Origin: Antechinus flavipes
Lineage: Eukaryota
Length of the DNA: 64,000 bases
Direction of reading: 5' to 3'
Assembly (NCBI RefSeq): GCF_016432865.1
Contig: NC_067400.1
Location: 610,514,001 to 610,578,000, forward strand
Below, one piece after another: positions 47,666 to 59,799 of this stretch; positions within the stretch are counted from its first letter, which is position 1, and each line of letters begins with the position of its first letter. The position numbers and the translations under genes are program-made. The notes under the pieces were generated by a model. That model was not told where the DNA came from, made no database searches, and worked only from the letters and a program-made list of their open reading frames with translations.

Positions 47666-50600
47666 CCCTCCTTTGTGGCTACGAGGAGACTATTTTGATC
47701 TCCCAAGTATGGGAAGGGCAGCTGGCTGAATTATCCTGCTTGTCTAAGACCACGAGATTCCTCTGTTTTATTTTTTTATACAATTTTTTCCTGTTTTTAG
47801 ACAAATTAGCATTCTTCACGTGGCATGATGAGGTCTGCAGGTTCTGAGGTCTCATAAGGGACCAGATGCAGTCACAGGGGCTCCCAGAGCAGTCATGGCT
47901 AAGGACAGAGAAAGCCCCAGAGATGGATGTAGGTTATGGTCTTATAGGGATGTGATGGCTTCAAGGAAACAGAACCCTCTCAGGAGAGAGGAAGGTTATC
48001 TGTGGGCTCAGCAGAGGCCCAGAAGGGATATCCACTTGACAAAGAACTAACTATGGAGACGTCTCCACAAAAGAAGAAAAATGGATTTCCAGTGTCAAGT
48101 TTGGAATGACCCTTTGCCGTGTGTGTTGTCTATACCTGTGGTGAGTTTGAGCTCATGTTCCCAGGGACGTTGTGTATCTAAGAGTCAACAGCCCACCCCC
48201 ATTTTGGGGAGAAAGTTTTATACCAAATTTTTTACTTCTTAGTAAATGCCCTTTTGAATGTCTCTAATTGCCAGAAGCTTTTCCTTTCATTAAGCTGAAA
48301 CTTCCCTCTCAAACTCCAAACCAAGGTAATGAATTCTTTATTATTGGAAAAATTCCAGTACTCAGGAGCCTGGCTGGGGGGGGGGGGGGCAGCTACTTAT
48401 TAGGGATGTTACCGTGAGGATTCTTAGTCAATCCTGGTTTGGACAAGGTGGATTCTGGGAATCTATAACCTGTTAAAATGCCCCAAACCAACTCAAGATT
48501 GTTGGATTTCCAACTATCCAATGAAGCAATTTTTGGTTCATTTCTATTCCACCCAACCCGAGGCCCCCATACACTTCCTGGTATGAGATGGGGAATACCT
48601 GAGATCAAGGCCAGATGAGAGCCTGGATGGGGGCAATCAGACCTGATACTGTGGAGTAATGTCTGTGATATATAAAGCTCTGGACCTTGTCAGCCAAGTC
48701 TGAATCCAGCCTGGAACAGTTACCAGTTCCATAACTCTATCTCAGGCACACAACTTTAGTGTTTTCATTCAGAAGGAAGGCCCATTCTCTACTTGATGTA
48801 TTAATAACGTGAATATTCATATGAAAGCTGGGGGACTTTTTGTATATTTAGCACATGAGTCAGATTTTGATTTCCTCAGAGGAATCCTTGGTTAGAGTGC
48901 AAGTAGAGGTAAATTGTGATGTCCACGTGGAAGAAACCCAAAAGATAAATCATCTGGGAAGGGTCCCCAAGACTGAACTGTTTTTGTAAACCCAGAACTT
49001 TAGTTTGGGGTCACCGGTTGTAATTATCTGAATGGGTATGGGGGTCTTAGTGGTCCTCAGAGGGAAGCTGGCCAGGAAGGGGAAAAGAGATTTCCTCAGC
49101 TTCATCTTGTCATCGGAAGCAAGTGAAACACAAGCTTGCACGCCTCTGGGACACATTTTTTTTTTAATGAAAAAAAAAAAATCATGAACCAGAGCATAAA
49201 TACTGAACAGCAAATTAGATTTACTCTGAAAATTCCATTCTTATTATCTCCCGTGACATGAACAACACAAAGAAATCATGATTTTTATCTCTATACCACC
49301 CCCTTTAAGTTTTTCCTCCAAAGAACTTGGGCCCCTTTTTTCCTTCTTCACGAATGTCCTGAAATACACTCTGGCTGTTGACAATCGGCCTAACCTGTTA
49401 TGAATTATTCCCCTTTCTGTTGTTGAATAGTTTACTATCTGTGTTCATTTTTCCTTTCTTTCTCTTCCCCCTTCCCCCCGTCCTTCATTGAATTGAATGT
49501 ATCAAGTCCCTGGGGTCTGCCAGGCATCCAGCCCCCAACGCAGCTCAGTCGTGGGGAAACTTCCATCACTCAGGCCTGGCTGGGGCCGAAGCTGTCTATT
49601 TATGTTGGATCGTCTGGCCCCAGAATCATTTCTCAGTAATTTAAACTCAATCATCCAATTCAAATGGGGGCAGTCTGCTGTTGAACACGACAGGCCGTCT
49701 CCTGAGGAGACAATAAATCCAGATGTGAGGCTGCCAGAGGAGCAAGCTTGTGCATAATTCATGGTGCCTTCCAGCAAACTTGACCAAAAGAAGAAGAAAA
49801 AAGGGGGAAGGAAGAGAACAGACAAGCTGCTTCCTCCAGATTCTGACCCGGGCTGAGGGGCACAGGGTATTGGAAGGAATTCACCCTTCCGCCTGTACTG
49901 GGGCCCAAGGCTCTGCCCGTCTGGTCCTAATAGGATTCTTAGCGAGTGAGTGGGCAGTCTTGCATCCCAGCCCAGTGATTAGGGCTCTGAAGCCATGGGA
50001 GAGGGGAAGATGGCTTGCTGGCCCCAAGATGGGGCTCTTTCCCATGCAGGAAGTTCAGACCCTCTCCAGGGGATTGTCTGTACTGGGGAAATGGGATGGC
50101 TGCCCCTGGGGACTAGAAAGTAGCTCCTACCTGTATCTCTTCTCCTGACTCTCAGAGCCTGGACCCAGGTCCACAAACAGGGTTTTTCATGTCTGAGACA
50201 AGTTTACAAAATACTAACAGGGTGAACGTAAAGTGCCTTCAGATAAGTCATGCAGGAGGCGGCAAACTATGGGACAAAGGGAGGATGATGTGTTCTTAGG
50301 GGGTGACTGGTGAGAAACTGGCCCATGGCAATGGGCAGGCACTCCAACTACTATCAGCTCCTTGAGGCAAAAGGCCCAGGTTACTGCCCTGACAGAGCCC
50401 CTTGGCAGAGGATGCCAGACTGACTAAAGAGGGGGCAAAGCTTCGAGGGGTGACTTCTTTGGGAAATGTGGGGCAGAGCTCCCAGAGGATGGCTAAGAGG
50501 ATCATAGAGGCCCCAAAAGCAAATCTCAAGCATGAGCATGGCTAAGGAGTTTGTGGAGAATGACCAGAATCTTCAAGGACCACTTCTGCTCCTGGGAAAC

Positions 50601-51221
50601 AGGTCAGGGGATCTGGGCAGAAGCTGATCCATCGGCTCCTTTCAAGGTCTATGTCTAGAATGAGTTCAGCTGTGGAATAGTAATGGACCTTCAGCAGATT
50701 TGACAATTAATTAAATTTAGCTTAGCAAAGTGAATCATTAATTTGTTTTCAATACAATATTGATTCTTGTCAGATAATCAGTGCCCATTTGAACCAATGG
50801 GGTGGGGGTGGGAGGAAAGGGCATGGAATCGGAAACCAAAATGTCTGGATTCTAATCCCTTCTGTGATAGAAAAACCACAGAACTTCAGAAGCTCAGAGG
50901 TAGGGAGTCACTCATCACTGGTCTTCAACAGAGGTTGGAGGAAAATTTGTGCAGGTGTTGAAGAATGGATTCCCTGCTCAGGTTTGAGCTGGATTTGGTG
51001 ACTTCTGAGGTCTCTTCCAGCTCATTTGGGGAAACTGAGTTAAACAGGATTCGGTGACTTGCCCAGGGTCACACAGCTAATAAGTATCTGAGGCCAGATT
51101 TGAACTCAGAAAGATGGGTCTCCTTAACTCCAGGCCTGTGTCACCTGACTGCCCATCTTCTTTCCACTTTGGCACAGCTCTAATTATTAGAAATTTCTCT
51201 TTTAATCAAATGTAAATCTTT

Positions 51222-51465
51222 GGGGCAATTAGGTGTAACAGAAGATAGAATGCTGAGTCTGGAGTCAGGAAGAGCTGAGTTCAAATCCCATCTCAGACAC
51301 TAGCTGTGTGATCCTGGGCAAATCACTTAACCCTGTTTGCCTCAGTTTCCTTATCTGTAAAATGAGCTGGAGAAGGAAATGGAAAAACATTCCAGTATCT
51401 CTGCCAAGAAAACCCCAAAGGAGCCACAAAGAGTCTGACATGACTAAAAAAATGACTAAAAAACT
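51222..51465 (+). mobile_element. MAR1-type SINE
   Basis: Full CORE plus ggagaaggaaatgg...gccaagaaaacccc...gagtctgacatgact. Confidence 0.9.
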
Positions 51466-52813
51466 TTGTAACTTCCTCCCACTGCTCCTGGTTTTGCCCT
51501 CGGGCCAAACAGAATAAGATTAATCCCTCTTCCCCAGAACAATCTTTCAACATCCACCCTCTATTACCCTCAAATACTTCCTCTCTAGCCTAACCAAGAC
51601 CAGGTAAGTCAAGGTCTTCTCTCTCCATCTTAGCCAGCCCTCTCAGGGCTTCCACTTTCTCATCTCTACAATGAGAGAGTTGGATGTTCTGTGCACCTCC
51701 ACCTTCTCCATCTCTTGCAACTCAAACTTCCTATGATTCTAGTTGTCTTTGGATTTGTACGTATGTAATCCCCCATCCCCCCCTCAACTTTGTTGAGATA
51801 CTTCTGAGGAGGTCAGTTTAAATTGATCAAACAATACATATTAAGGACTCCCTATTAAAGACATGCACTGTGCTAAGTACTAGGGACACAAACATGAAAA
51901 ACAAAGACAGACCCTTCTCTTGAGGAGCTTACAATCTAGGGGGAAAGGGTAGCACACAAAAGAAAGTTGAAAAGGGGTGGATTGGGGAAAGATGGGCAGT
52001 TTGTGGTGGGATGTGCCATTGGTGATTGTAATGGGCTGAAGCTCGAGTTGATGCACTGAGGTCCCAAGCTTGTGAGGCTAAATAGCAACTGGACGATATT
52101 CTATGAATATATGCTTGGAGAAAGAATGGCCCCGCCTACTCTCTGTGCAAGTTTTGATGTGTTGTATAGGAAATGATGTAGAGGGGTGGGTAGAGAGAGA
52201 GAGGCAGAGAGACTGCTGGTCCGGTTCATGTCGTGACTGCTCTCACTTCCTATCTCCATCTCCCTTCACCTCCGCAAAGAATAAAGATTGAGGATTTTCC
52301 CTTAACCTGAATTCCTAACTCCGGCTGATTTTAAAATACACGGTCATTACAGGTGATGAAGTTTTTCCACCACTTTACTGGGATGGTTCCTCATAGAATA
52401 CTGAATGGGTCAATCTACTGTTGGACTGAGCTATGATGAGAGTCTACTTTCTGGACTTAAACAAGTAGAGGCACATTGGATAGAGTGCCGAGACTGAAAT
52501 CAGGAAGACCCAAGTTCAAATTTCATAAGCTTATAGTCAACCACAGAATTATAGAATTAGTATTAGAAGAGATCTTCACTAAGTCCAACTTTCTCCTTTT
52601 ACAGATGAAGAAACTGAGACTCAATAGAGGTAAAATTATTTGCCCAGAATCAAACAAGATTTGACACAGCTACTTGTTTTAGGAGTAAATCAGATAAGCA
52701 AGCAAAACTCTCCCTCCCTGTCACTAGTTAGAAAGCTGAAATGGAAGTAAAGAGATGAGCCCTCTGATTTATGGGTCTCTGAGCTGCTTCTTGTGGGCCA
52801 CTTGAGCTGTACT

Positions 52814-54235
52814 TCAGCTCTGAAGGACTTGGCACTGAGGGATGGCACAGAGAGTCTTGATGGTAACAGCAGGAGATGTATTGGAATAGGTTCAGTCATT
52901 GAAGAGCTGCCCATTTAGCACTTATTGGGACAAAACTTCTGTTCTTGCTCTCCTTTCTCTCTCCTGAATGTCAGTCTTGGAACTCTCTGGGACTTCCCAT
53001 GAGATGAAAGGAACACATTTTTTTTCCTTCCTCACCCCCACGCTGGCAGCAGTGGGGAAATTGAGAAGCTGCTAAACAAAAAATAAGAACTCTACAGGAT
53101 TTACCAGTAGGTTAGTTCATCCAGCTCTAAGAAAGCAGCATTTAACTCCATGAAAAGAAAAGTGCGAGAAGTTTTGAGAGATGCAAGAGTCTTGTTTCAG
53201 TAAGAAGGCAGAGAAAATTCAGGTTTACACCAATAGTAACAATCCAAAGAGCTTTTAAGATGTCCTGAAGGCTATTTATGGGCCAAAGACCTATGATGTA
53301 TTTCAAGCATTCAATGTTGATGTAATCACACAAATGGAACCATAAGGACATGGTCTTGGAGAGATGGACCGAACACTTCCATAGTGTTCTCAACAGACTG
53401 TCATCACTCAATGCTGAAGCCATGATCATAGACCTCTCAGGGTAAAGTCAATTCCTCTCAGGTGAACTTCTAACTGAAGAGGTTTTGAGGTTATTAGGCT
53501 CCTCTCATGTGGCAAAACACCTGGTACTGATTCTATTCCAGCTGAGATTTACAAGGGACAGTGTCCACCGCTCATATAAAAGTGGATGGAAATTTTCTGG
53601 CAAGAGGATGTTATCTCCTAAGAGTTCAAGGATCTTTCATGGTCCATCTCTATAAGGCAAGCTTCTGAAGATCACCTGGAAGGGTCAGGTACCAGACACC
53701 GAGCTCCTTTCTAGAACTAAATTGTTGAGCGTTCCAAGTCTAGTGATGGGTTGTAAGGATGCCAAACATGTTTCCCTAAATGATTACTTTGCAGAGAACT
53801 TACAGGGCAAGAGCTTCCATGGAGTGGGAAGAAATGGCACAAGGATGCTCTCAAGGTCTCTCTGAAGAACTCTGGAATTGACTGTGATACCTGGGAGATA
53901 CTGGAGCATCTCTCTCCAGCGGCCTCTGCCAGCATGGTACCTTCATTGCAGTGATGTCATTCGGTCCTCTTCAAGAACGAAGGCTGATAACCAGCCAACT
54001 CAGCTCTGAAGGACTTGGCACTGAGGGATGGCACAGGGATGCCTTGATGGAAGCCGGGGAAGGGGATGCATCAGAATAGGTCTGGTCACCGAAGAGCTGC
54101 CTACACAGCAGTTGCTTGGGACAATTTCTGTTCTTACTCTGTGCTTTCTCTCTCCTGACTTGGAGAGTCTCTGGGATTTGGCATCAAGAGAAAGGAACAA
54201 ATTTCTTCTTCCTTACCCCCAAGCTGGCAGCAATG
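52814..54235 (+). repeat. Dispersed direct repeat (52814-53054 and 54000-54235)
   Basis: The first 37 bp are identical (tcagctctgaaggacttggcactgagggatggcacag). The remainder is clearly alignable but diverged. Confidence 0.9.
53110..53935 (+). mobile_element. RTE-clade LINE remnant with internal deletion
   Basis: Translates to LERWTEHFHSVLNR and LLSCGKTPGTDSIPAEIYKG (RT N-terminal region). At about 53657 it jumps to the 3' region (HKDALKVSLKNSGIDC). Confidence 0.88.
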
Positions 54236-56829
54236 TCAATCGCTCAGTCATGGCACGTGTCTGCCTAGGTGCACCTGAATCTAGCTTTCAAGACTGTTGG
54301 CAATTTCCTGTGTTTTGCATTTCTTTCCATGAGCATGAGTGGCCAGAGAGGTTGAGATGGTATTTTCAGCCTGGGAGGCAATTCTGGAAGCTTCTGGGTG
54401 ATGGCTGCCTGCACTATGGGAGGTACTGTCTGCACTAGCACAGTGTTCCCTGGAGAAGAGCCTCTATTATCAAAAGATACAGACCCTGAGGGAACCAATA
54501 GTACAGAGCTGAGGTTAGAGTGAATGACTGTTCAGCAGCATCCTACTAAATATCTCATGTCTGAGGCTGGTTCTTAAAACATTCGCTGAATAGCAGAAGT
54601 TGCTGCTCACTTCCTTTTGACATTGTATTTTATTTATTGGTGCACATGTTATATTCCCCTCACATGCAATGAAATGTAAGCACCTTGAAGGCAGGGACTA
54701 TTTCCAATAAATTTCCAAATAAATTTTTTGTTTGACATGTGCTATGTCCTGAATAATGTCTGTTGTTGAATTGACTTGCAACAAGGAGGTGGGAAATAGG
54801 GATTGCCCCACAAGAGCCCAGTCCTCTGAGCATCCCCAATATTCTCTGCCCTTGCATATCCACAGGAAGATTTGGTGATTTTGTTTCTAGAAGTGTGCAA
54901 TGGGATGGAGCAGCCCCCAATCTCCCTGATGTAGAGCATGCCCAGGAGTGTTTCCTGTTGGCTTACTGCATGACGACAAAAAAGTCAGAACTGACTTTAC
55001 CTACAAAGGAATGGAACAACATTCTCTCTTCACTAGTGGCAAAATCCGTGAGAACTGGAGAGGGGGCTGACGGTGCGCTTAGCTGCAGCTTGATGTGACT
55101 GCCTTTTCTTTCTCCCCACCTGAGTCACCATGGGCTCATAAACGATCACTGCTTTTTGTTTCTCTGATGCTCTTCTTTCCTAACTTAATTTCTTATCGGA
55201 GATAAAACAAAGCAGTTATGAGTCTGTGAGGTTCAAAAGGTTGATGGCAGATCCTTTCAGGAGCTGCAGCAGTCAGTCAGTCAATGCACAAATATTTTTT
55301 AAGTTTTACTCTGTGGCAGGCACTGTGCTAAGTGCTAGGAGGCAGCTCTGATGATCAATTCAGCTCAGTAATGAATCAAACCATTGGCTGAAACACTGTG
55401 TCCTGCAAGCAAAGAATATCCTCATTTACTGGGTTGGCCACACCCCAACTTGAACTTGGTGGGGAAAATGGTAGCCATCACTCCGTAAATTTGAGTACAT
55501 TCACTAATGGGATAAAGGGGGAAGTGTGGGAGATTTTTCTACTTCAGTTCTTGTTTTAACTTTTCAGTTAATATCCCACTGTAAACAGTGATTGACCTTA
55601 ATTGGTTAACTTGTTAACTATTTAACTAACTGACATACAATATGAAGGAGAGAGCAATGGGTCAAAAATTATACGGCGGCAATAATCCCGAGTGATTGAG
55701 AGGAACCCAGATGGGAACTCATGGGCAATTGTACTAAATAAGTCGATCTCCCAGATCTCTCCATACCCTTCGAATCTGGAGAAGTCATCTGATCTGTTAG
55801 TGTGGGTTGGAAGAGTAAATCCAGAGCCTGTAAGCAACAGACTCAAGTTTTTGTATATCATTTACATGTGTTCATGTTGTACATCCCCTTTAGAATATGT
55901 TTCTTGAGGGCAGGAACCATTTCATATAGTACAAGCCTTGGACATAGATATGAGATAATTAATTGCACAGTAGATACTAATAAATGTTTGCTGAATTAAG
56001 TATGGGGGAAAATGTAGGAAAAAACCAACCTTTGGGTGGGACTTTCTGTGTCATCCCTGTATATGTGAAGACTGTATTCTTCCACACATGCCAGGGATGG
56101 GTTTCTCTTCACTAAGTTTGGATCAAACGGGAGTGTTATTTCCATATTGGAGTTATTTCTGACTTTATTTAAATGGATAGTTTCTGAGCAATTTGATTTC
56201 TTTTCCCAGATTCCCTAGATGGGCCTTGGGCTTGGGTTCGATGAGAGGTCAGAAATTCAGTCAGCCAGGGGACATTCCATTTCCCTGAAACACTGGGTGC
56301 TGCTAGAATAGCCAGTTACCTGGGGCTGAGAAAACCAGTTCCTTCTAGGACTCCATGGCAGACTGGAGCTCCCACCCACTGTGGAGAGGTAAGGTCCAGG
56401 CAAGGGCTGGAGAGGACAGGGACTTCACCACTGCCAGACATGGAGGGCCCTTTCCTACAGACAAGCTCAAGTGAGAAACCCACCAGGCAGTCCTCTCCAG
56501 CTTATTCAACCTAAGTGGGGCCAAGAGAAAATGAACCATCAGTATTGATGATGATGGGACTGTGCTTTTGCTGTGGGCTCAGAGATGGAATTCCTTAGAT
56601 TATGGGAAGTGGTGTAGGGCGGTTTGAGCTGACTCCCCCTGGCTCTGTGACTGCAGGCAAGTCCCCCAAGCTCTCTGTGGCCTATTTAATGGGCAAGATT
56701 ACAAAAAGCTAGACATCTACCCAAGTTACAGTGGGGGGAAGGGGTTTCTTCACCAAATAGTCCTATTAAATCACAGACCAGGATGAGGGGAGGAAAAAAT
56801 TAGGGATCCAAATTACACAGTAGGGGAAC

Positions 56830-57165
56830 AAGGTAAAATCTTTAGCCAATCAATAAACATTTGATAAGTGCCTATTATGTGCCCGGTATAGGAGCTAATT
56901 GTTGGGGATACAAAGAAAGGTAAATGACAGTACCTGCTTTCAAGGAGCTTACAACCTAAAGGGGGAGACATGTAAACGATTATGTATGAGCAAGTTATAG
57001 GCAGGAAAACCTGGAAATAATCAGCAAAGGAAAGGTACTTGCAGTGAGGACGACTGAGCAAGGTTTCCTGGAGTAGGTGAGATTTTAGTCTGGATTTGAA
57101 GGAAGCCAGCAAAGCCAGGGGGCAGGGATGAGGAGAGAGCGAATTCCAGGCACTAGAGAAGTTTG
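56830..57165 (-). mobile_element. L2 3' end
   Basis: aatcaataaacatttgataagtgcctattatgtgcc...caaggagcttacaacctaaagggggagac. Confidence 0.88.
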
Positions 57166-57989
57166 TCAAGAGGGAAATGCTCTATTTGCTGCCTTTATCT
57201 CAGTCTCTTACTTCATATGAAACCAAGTAGCTGTTAACACTGGATAGTGGAGAAAGGGCTAATTTGTCTTCAGGAGGCCCGTGGTCAAATCCAAGCTATT
57301 TCATCTCCAATGGTTAAGTAGCTAAAGGATATTTTTTAAAAGTGTTCTCTAAAGATATGCGAGCAATTAGCAACCATATGATCACTAATAAAGTGATATC
57401 AAGAAGAAAGAGATCTATAAAAATGAGACGGGCCAAATAGTAGAGTGTATATAAAGCTGACCTTGCAGTCTCTTGATGCTGAGAAGGGTTTGATTCAAAG
57501 AAGGCTTTGTCAAAGGGGTCCAGATCATAAGGAAAGAAGATCCCTCCCCCTCCCTTTCATTTGGAGTGATCATGGATCTCATGCTCAGTAAAATCCCATT
57601 ATTCACCAAGGGTCCGGAGGCACTTGCTGACTTTCTCCCTTCTTTCTACCCAGATATACAAATGGCACATCTTTCCGACACAGGCAAACTCTTTTGGGGA
57701 GTAGAATTCTCCAATGTTTATGCCTCGGGTGACCTTAATAATGAAAGGATGGTGGAATAGTCTTCTCTGTGGCTGGTATTTTTCAAGAAATCACCCATAA
57801 GCCTGGTGGCTAAGAGCCTTTACTTAAAGTTGCATTTTTGCTTCATGGAATTCGTTGTTTTGTTTTTTTTTCTTTCAGTCAGTAAGTTCAACAGGATCCT
57901 ATCTTCTCTCCACCTGTCAGTCAATTGCATAAATAAAAAGTGTTTGCTCTAGAGGGTAGTTTTCCCAAACTTGGATGTTACCTTCCCCT

Positions 57990-58150
57990 ATTTGCATCAA
58001 GGATCATCTTTATGAATGTTTTTATTCAGTCCTATCAGACTCTTCATGAACCCACTTGGTTTTCTTGGAAGAGATACTGGAGTAGTTTTTTATTTCCTTT
58101 TCCAGCTTATTTTGCAGATGAGGAAACAGGCAAACAGGACGAAGTACCTA
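57990..58150 (-). mobile_element. MAR1-type SINE (partial)
   Basis: ttttcttggaagagatactggagtag...ttccagcttattttgcagatgaggaaac. Confidence 0.8.
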
Positions 58151-58312
58151 GACCAGGGTCATGAAGCTACCCCACTTTGTGAATACAAGTTAGAACAAAG
58201 GGATGATTTGTTTTCTTTTTAAAACTTTTTACTGATATTTTTTGTTTTGATATCATCTCCATATCCCAATATTTCCTTCTTCTCTTTCCCCAGCCATCTT
58301 TTAAAACAAAGT

Positions 58313-58465
58313 TTTTATTTTATTTTTTTAGCTGAGGCAATTGGGATTAAGTGACTTGCCCAAGGTCACACAGCTAGGAAGTGTTACGTGTCTGAGATCA
58401 TATTTGAACTCAGGTCCTCCTGACTTCAGAACTGGTGCTCCATCCACTGTGCTACCTCGCTTCCC
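58313..58465 (-). mobile_element. WSINE1-type SINE with 13-bp TSD inside an old L1 fragment
   Basis: TSD tttaaaacaaagt at 58300-58312 and 58466-58478. Confidence 0.92.
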
Positions 58466-59097
58466 TTTAAAACAAAGTATTTTAAAAGAGAGAAAAAAAA
58501 TTTTTTAACAAAACCAACAAATGAATGCACCAAGTCCAACATTATATGTAGCCTCAGTTTCCTCAACTGTAAAATGGAACAACAGTACCTACTTTTCAAG
58601 GTAACTGCAAAATCAAATGGAATCTATTTGTGAGGCACTACTTAATACAGTACTCAATAAATGCTTCTTTCTTCTCACCTCCTGGTTAAGCTTGATCATT
58701 ATAACTCACAACATTATATGTCTATTGTTTTATTGTTGCTATTCTTTCTATTTACATTATTGTAGTCATTGTATATATTTCTCAGGTCTTGGAAGCACAA
58801 AAAAGCTCTCCTCTTGCCCTTTCTTTTAGAAATATTAAAACATAAATATTTCTCTGGGCTGAAATCCTTTCCAGATTTAAATGAATGAGGAAAACTCTAT
58901 CAGCATTTTACCCAGCTGCTAGGATAACAATGTCCTTCACCAAATCCTTCATCCGTCCTTCAAAGGTCTAACTCCTCTTGGTGAGGAAACTGGGAAAAAA
59001 ATTTAAGTAGGAGATAAAATTCCTAGAAAACAGATTACATATGATCATCTGACTTTAGAACAGAGTATCTAACTAAGATTATTATCCACCTCCAAAG

Positions 59098-59345
59098 CAG
59101 CTAGGGGGCACTTTAGTGTATAGAGTGCTGGTCCTGGAGTCAAAAGACTCATCTTCCTGGATTCAAATCTTACCTCAGACACTTCCTAGCTGTGTGACTC
59201 TGGGCAGGTCACTTAAAACTGTTGACCTCACTTTTCCTCATCTGTAAAATGAGCAGAAGGAAGTGGTGAACCACTCCAGCATCTCTTCTATAAAAAACCC
59301 TAAATGGTATCACAAAGAGTCAGACATGACTCAGCAACAACAACT
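59098..59345 (+). mobile_element. MAR1-type SINE
   Basis: CORE plus tail ending cagacatgactcagcaacaacaac. Confidence 0.88.
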
Positions 59346-59375
59346 TGTCCCAACTGAATGGTTTAGGAAAGGTAT

Positions 59376-59545
59376 TCTTCAGGATCCATTTTTGCCATTT
59401 TAAAAAAGTTACTGTTTTATTGATGAATAAAAATTGTTAATTCAAAATATTCATCTGAGCTCTTCAGGATCCATTTTTGCCATTTTAAAAAAGTTACTGT
59501 TCTATTAATGAATAAAAATTGTTAATTCAAAATACTCATCTGAGC
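59376..59545. repeat. 85-bp tandem duplication
   Basis: Two copies starting tcttcaggatcc at 59376 and 59461, differing at 3 positions. Confidence 0.95.
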
Positions 59546-59764
59546 TCTGTAATTGTTTTATTTATTTATATTTGCTTGAGAATATTATAAATTATAACTT
59601 AAAAATGGCTCTTGCCAGAGAGATTTTTGAAGGCAGATGGATTTCTATTCCTTTGGATTTCAGATTTTGTTTCGAAGCAAAAATACTTGGAATTACAGTC
59701 ATATTGATTAATACAATTTGTCTCTGCCCCAAACACAGAGCACATCAGTTCTACAGCTTAACTC

Positions 59765-59799
<35 letters not shown>

